From the human T2T-CHM13v2.0 reference genome, Homo sapiens, in NCBI RefSeq assembly GCF_009914755.1, contig NC_060939.1: 64,000 nucleotides of DNA. One strand, 5' to 3'. The notes below the pieces were generated by a model that had not been told where the DNA came from, did no database searches, and saw nothing but the letters and a program-made list of their open reading frames with translations. Position 1 is the first letter of the stretch. The number at the start of each line of letters is the position of its first letter. Below, piece by piece: positions 57,951 through 64,000 of the stretch. Both the position numbers and the translations under genes were made by a program.

Positions 57951-59489
57951 CAGAGAACACACTTTTATGATGTATATCTATGTGTCTTTGTCTATATACT
58001 CCATATCACTACGTTCTGCTCAAACCAAAAGCAAGATTACTCAACAAAGGAACACTGAAGATTATCTGTGTACTTAAGTTGCCCTGAAATAAGGGAAAGG
58101 GCGAAAGGGCTGTGGAAATCACAAGACTCCAGTTTTGATTTAGCTCCCCTTGCTTCCTCAATCTGTGAGTATCTGATGTGCTGATCTTATTAGCTTGTTG
58201 GGAAGAAGACCAACTATATTTGTGAAAAGTGTTACAAGACTATAAAGGACTAGGAAACAAGGTACAACTAATCAGATAAACAAATTTAAGTGGTACCTGT
58301 TTGAGGGAGAGTTGGCAACCCTTCTCTGGGGTCAGAAAATTATATTTTATAAAATTCACATATCTGTTGGGAACAAAATATGTACTCAAAAGCATAAAAT
58401 AAGCCTGGAATAAATTCACAGTGCCACTTTTAATTATAATTCTTAGGATTTTAGTCAATGTTAATTATTACTATTTTATTCTAGTGAATTACTAAAATAA
58501 AGAAATATTAATTATGCGCTATTCTAACCAGCTTTAAATTTATGTAGTAAAGTCATTAAAAGTTTCTATCTGGTATTAGCATAAAAGTACACATACAATT
58601 CCACTATTTTACTAAGGCTGACATTTTGAGGTTGAGTTACAACTGCAGGGCAGTTTTCAAAAAATTGCCCTACAAACATCATATGAATACATTTTACACA
58701 TTTATAGGTAGAAAAAGAAAGATATTTCCAAAAGTTAACCTAGAATGCTGCCCCAGCATTTGCTGGTTTCTATGCTTGACAAAATCATTCTTCATTGATT
58801 TAGAAAAAGTTACCAAAACAATATGATGACTGAATGATTTCTTGTTTCACCAGAGCTGCGTGGTTTCTTTGAGTGTGCTTTAAGAGAGAGGGAGAAGCCA
58901 GGGTGGGCATGAAGAGCCAGTATGTAAGCTGTATTCAAGGTGGTCTCTGTCTTTTTAGAGCTAAGGGAAACTGTCTTTTGCCTTGTCTTATTCATCGATT
59001 TAGTAGAAAGCTTGTGTGTGTTTTATATTTTGGAATATTCAGTCTTTTAGATTTACTTCCAAATAATTTATTTCTACATTATGCTTCTTTGTTTGTAGAG
59101 AACAATACTTACACAAGTGTTTTATGAAGTAAAATGAACCAACACTACACTCTACAAAGGGAATTTCAAAATAAAAACCATTACGGATGAATGGCATACA
59201 TTACAGACATCTCTACCATATGTCTTAATGGGTCTGTTGTACTGAGCCCATTTACAAAATTCATAGGCCTAATTTATCTAAGAAATAGAGCGATAATGCT
59301 TTCAAGACAAGGAAAGAAATAGAAATGTGGTAAATATAAAAGACACATTAATAATTTTTCCTATGACCCTGATTTCTGTCTTTTCTTTTAAATTATTCAG
59401 AGTCATATCAGAAGGATAGTTTTAATAATACAGACATTATTCAATATCAGTAGAAGTTTGGCAACATTACTTCCTAGAGTAGGTGGTTT

Positions 59490-60008
59490 TGAGACAGAGT
59501 AGGGACAGGGCTTGGCTTCACCCCCACTAGAGGATTCTTTTATGCAGTCCCACTGATCACAAAACCTATACCACTACCTCACTGAAGCCGTAATGTTTAA
59601 CCATACCTTTTACTTAATTCCAGAAACTGGCCTTAAGAGATCCAAATATTAAACCAAGATTGTGGAGTGTCCCACCTCAGGAAGGAATGCTGGACAATTG
59701 ATTTACAGCCTGTTGCTGTTGGTCAGACCACCAGTTGGTCTCTTATTCAAGATAATTTCTATACCCTACTCCTCACATACTTTGCCCAGCCCAGACGGCA
59801 TGCCTTATTCCTGATGTCAGTTCCCACACTTTGCCTAATAAAAAACCTCTGCTGGCTTTTTTGGGGGGTCAGCTGGAGGATCCTTGAGCTTATGCTGCCT
59901 TCCTTATGCTTGAGCACAAGCCCCAAAATAAAAGCTTTGTTTGGGAAATTGCTTGGCCTCATGTTAATGTTCATTACATGGGGAGCCACAAGCCTGTGGT
60001 CTGTAACA
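59490..60008 (+). mobile_element. ERV1 solo LTR (MER67-like)
   Basis: TG...CA termini (tgagacagagtagggac ... ctgtaaca), internal AATAAA, imperfect 4-bp TSD gttt/gatt. Subfamily from memory. Confidence 0.75.
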
Positions 60009-60042
60009 GATTCAGAGGATGGGAGAACTTCCGATATCATTA

Positions 60043-60755
60043 TGTTACAGTAGGTAGCTAATCAGGAATGAGCAGGTCAGGAGAGGGCCTCCCTGACCCC
60101 ATCAGGAATGTTAGGCGACCATCAGGTGATTGTCGGGAAGTTGTTACACTGCGTCTCTAAAATAATAATTGGTCACAGCCAGTCCCTGAGAAAGGCGGTC
60201 TCCCAATAAATAGATACAACTGAAACGGGTGATCAACAGCTTCCTGATAAGATCTCAGGAGTTGGGCGGGTGGCCTCAAGCAGACACATTAAGAGGCAAA
60301 ATGGCAGAGTTTAACTGGTGTATGGCCTTCCAGGGACATTCGATTGGTAAGGGAAGAATGCCTCAAGTGAGCATGTGTACAACTCCAGTAGACACACTGT
60401 ACATGCTCACCTCCCAAGCACTAGCAGGCCACTGCACATATGGACACCACGCCTCCTCCCAAGGAAAGAATCAGGGGAGAAGAGATGCAAGACCCTGGAA
60501 GTATGTCAACATATAAAACCCCAAGTCAAACGGTCAAACCATGCACTTGATCTCTCAAGTCACCTTCGTGGCCCTCTTCCAAGTATACTTTACTTCCTTT
60601 CATTCCTGTTCTAAAGCTTTTTAGTAAACTCACTCCTGCTCTAAAACTTGCCGCAGTTTCTCTTTCTGCCTTACGCCCCTCAATTGAATTTGTTTCTTCT
60701 GAGAAGGCAAGAATTGAGGTTGCTTCAGACCCTTACAGATTTTTAGCTGGTAACA
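60043..60755 (+). mobile_element. MER50 solo LTR (ERV1)
   Basis: tgttacagtaggtagcta...gagcagg...ctggtaaca; TATA-like catataaaa at ~60510; perfect 4-bp TSD ATTA. Confidence 0.88.
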
Positions 60756-61062
60756 ATTACACTTCTAAGAGCGAAAAAATGTGGACAAAGTGTAGGAAAT
60801 TCTGTAATGAAGGAATTTCTGGGATGTAGACTCTATCCACCATGGTGTATAAAATATGTCTGAGAGATATCTCTCTCCAACAACATCTCTTTCTTTCCTT
60901 TTAGTGAAAACAAAGAAGGCAAAATATTTATATAATTAGATCCTTAATTGTTTTTTAAAAAGTTATTTTCAAAAGGAGTCTGAACTGTTGTTTGTTCAGC
61001 TTCCTTTTCTGGACCTGCCTGTTTGAACTGACTCAGTTGATACCACCTTTCACTATTAAAAG

Positions 61063-61682
61063 TTTTGGGACTCAGAAGGCAATACCCCCAAACTGGCACT
61101 TTGACATGTTGAGAGGTCTTAGAAGCTGCCTCAGAATCAAGTTCCCTCTAACCTTGTTCTATTCCCCCACCCCCAATTGCATGGAGGGACTCTTTCTGGA
61201 ATTTCTTATCTGACTAAGAAAGCTTCTTTCCAAAAGAAAGGCAATTGTCTTAAGATCCTCTCCCTAGGAATCTCATCAAATAGCTAGGAAAGATCAATCA
61301 CTGGAAAAGAGAAGAGACTGGAAGTCCATCACCACACCCACGCAGATTTTTCATCTGTTCTTCTGAGGGCAGCTCTGAGAGATTGTCTAGGAGACTTTAT
61401 ATGTCTAAGAACAAGACAACCTTTAACCTTTGTTCCTGTGCCTTTCCACCCTTACAGGCCAATCCATTCCCCCATTTTCCTCTTCCCTATGAAGAGGTCA
61501 TTTAAGCTTCAACCATCTGGCCCATCTTTGAGCTCATACTTTATAGGACTCCCATGCTCATGTGTGTATGTAAAACATTTGTTATGCTTTTCTCTAGGTA
61601 ACCTGTTTTTGTAATAAGAGTGTCAACCTTGACCCTTTATGATAGGGAGGAAAAGGATCATCACCTTCTTTCTGCCCCTGCA
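61063..61682 (+). mobile_element. MER39-type solo LTR (ERV1)
   Basis: ttttgggactcagaaggcaataccccca...tctgcccctgca; perfect 4-bp TSD AAAG. Confidence 0.8.
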
Positions 61683-62519
61683 AAAGGAAAATACTTTGGG
61701 CATGTTAAGAGTTATTGAATGAATCTAATTGTTTTGTGGACATGAAAATCCACACATTCCTATTTGTTTATTTAATTTAAGAGACTGAAAATATTATAAA
61801 TCAGTGCTGTGTACCAGTATGTTTACATAGAAGTTAATTATTTTAAACAGAAAATATCCATGGCATAGATAATACAAAATAATTTGACAATAAAATATCT
61901 AGCAGTAACCATAAGCTATTAATTACAAACCTCCTTTGACTTGAGAAGAGAGTGGTGGACACTGGACTGCTGGAACTCAGAGCAACTGTAGAGAAGGAAG
62001 AGTCGAATTATTACAACAATTCAGTTTCTATTCTTATAGGTGGCCATTCAAGGTGATTTGTGAGGAACTATCACTCTGGCTACAGTTCAATGACCATCCT
62101 AAGCTATTCAAAAGCATTGAAGCCAAATTCAATGAAAAATTTAACCTCCTGTGGTGCTCTTGTCTTCCAAATACAGTATCAACAGAGACTTGGTACTTTT
62201 CCACTGTGAGGTACATAAATGTCTTCTGTCTCAAAAAATAAATAAAAAGGTAAATTCTCTCACTATGGACTATTCAGTTTGTGTGGAAGATCATTAATGA
62301 GACACTGTAAAATCTGTGGCCAGAGGTTACTGTTTACAGTAAAATTGAGGTTATATCTTCATAATATTTCATTAAGTTAATCACTGTGGAAAGGGTGACT
62401 GTTTAATAACGACCATGTTTAATCACCTGGTCAGTTGAGGTCTGGATTGAATTGACAGATTTGACTACTTATTTATAGGTTTTGGACCTTTCTCTGGAGT
62501 TAGGACACTAGGATAATGC

Positions 62520-62740
62520 AATATAGAATCAAAGGGGAGTTTAGAGATTAGCTAGATAGAAATCTCAACTCTCACCTGTCAGCTCTGTGACCTTGGTTAT
62601 ATAACATCTCTGATAAATTATAGAACTTCTATAATAGACGGAGATCAAGCAGATCATATATGAATTAAATGAAATAATATATGTAAATCATCTATCATGT
62701 ACAGCATATTTTAAGTGCTCAATCAATGATGTTTATGGTT
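62520..62740 (+). mobile_element. MIR
   Basis: agctctgtgaccttgg...gaattaaatgaaataatatatgtaaa...aagtgctcaatcaatg. Confidence 0.6.
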
Positions 62741-64000
62741 GTTTTTAGGGAGGATTATAATTGGAGAAAGGTTAAACTTGTTAAAGTATGGGCCTATGTA
62801 GAATTTTTCAGGTAAAGGGATTTGAACCCAAAAAAGTTAGTAGAAAACCTTGGGGGGAGAAGGGAAAGAAGCTGTAAAAATGTCAGATTTATTTAGCACC
62901 TACTATGCTTTGGACACTGTAGTAGGCATGTGGTTGAAGAGAAAGCTATATAAGAGGACATAAGAACATCAAAATTAATATTTACCTGATTATAGTTCTT
63001 CCCAATTCCTTTGCAAAACTTTCTGCCTCTGAAAAGAATCTGAGTTGCAATTTAAAAGTTGTTTGCTAATTTGTGGCCTGGATTACAAAACCAGTTCCAA
63101 TCATTGTAGATACCTAGTATATTTTGTTGAAAGTATGCTACTAAGGAAAAATAATGAACTATTTATTGTCTTCTCCTTTTTGCTCTTATGAATTTTGAAA
63201 ATTTGATGTGATTAACAGTTTCCACATGTGTCCTTCTATATATTTCTTTCTTTGAGAAAGTGAACCCTTGAAGGTGTACTTCGTATAGCGAGGGTCTAAC
63301 ATATTGTCATTACATAGTTGTGCATGGTGACAAATTTGGAATTAATCAATGAGTGAGTGAGAGTCAGTTAAATAAGTAAACCTTCAGGTTAAGATCAGTG
63401 GTTTAGTGAGCAGGGTCAAAAGCATATTTGCCAGACACATCAATGTCACTCTGCCAAGTTCTGAAATGCATAAAATATTATATTATAAAAATGATTACTA
63501 TCAAATATAGGGAGGTTCTGGTAAAAAATGCTGTGTACATTATTTGCTGATGGCATTATAAATTGAGAAGCCCTTTAGAAAGCCACAGATATATTTATAT
63601 GCATGGCATTATATATTCTTTTATGAAAACATTCGAATAGACCATAATAAGCTAAAAATTAAAAATATTTTATTTTAATCAATATTAATAGCAAAAAGTT
63701 AGAGATACAAGTCCAGCAAAGTAATTATTTTATGTTATAGTTTATCAGCAAATATACTGCAACAATATAAATATAGCATGCATGCATAGGTCATATGCAT
63801 AAATAAAAATAGTAGTTGGATAAGTGACTTTTGCATTTGAACAACATTTATTTATTTTGCCTTTCAGTTACACTTCTAAAATTATCCCATTTTAATGTCA
63901 TCAATAGATAATGTAGACACAACTGTACCTTTTCTTCTGATAATTCAGTATCTTTAAAGGCTCTTCATTAGTTTCCTTCATTTCAACATCCTTACACTAA

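Overview
Human genomic DNA (a near-consensus AluYa5 and a full-length L1PA2/L1PA3-type LINE-1 place it in the human lineage), AT-rich and repeat-dense. I find no cellular protein-coding exon, RNA gene or CRISPR-like array. 1-41.5 kb looks intergenic: nested old L1M/L1MA/L1MC copies, MaLR LTRs (MST, THE1, MLT1), Alus, L2/MIR, DNA-transposon MITEs, and one ~6.03 kb full-length L1 (23452-29479) whose ORF1 and ORF2 are both disabled. A CpG island at ~41.8-43.2 kb has the structure of a + strand promoter: G-skew and a strong splice donor at 42338, with alternative donors at 42721 and 42858. The rest looks like a long first intron, containing a TE-poor stretch with enhancer-like motifs, a good CTCF motif at ~54.09 kb, and three tandem ERV1 solo LTRs at 59.5-61.7 kb. 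I could not identify the gene with certainty. Apart from the L1-derived ORFs, the ORF track is repeat-derived or chance. I see no new biological system. The most unusual structures are rearrangement scars: an inverted THE1/THE1/L1PA composite with an orphan THE1-internal fragment, a captured block inside L1MC, and a palindromic templated insertion in a MIR. Subfamily names come from recalled consensus sequences, and boundaries of old repeats are approximate.
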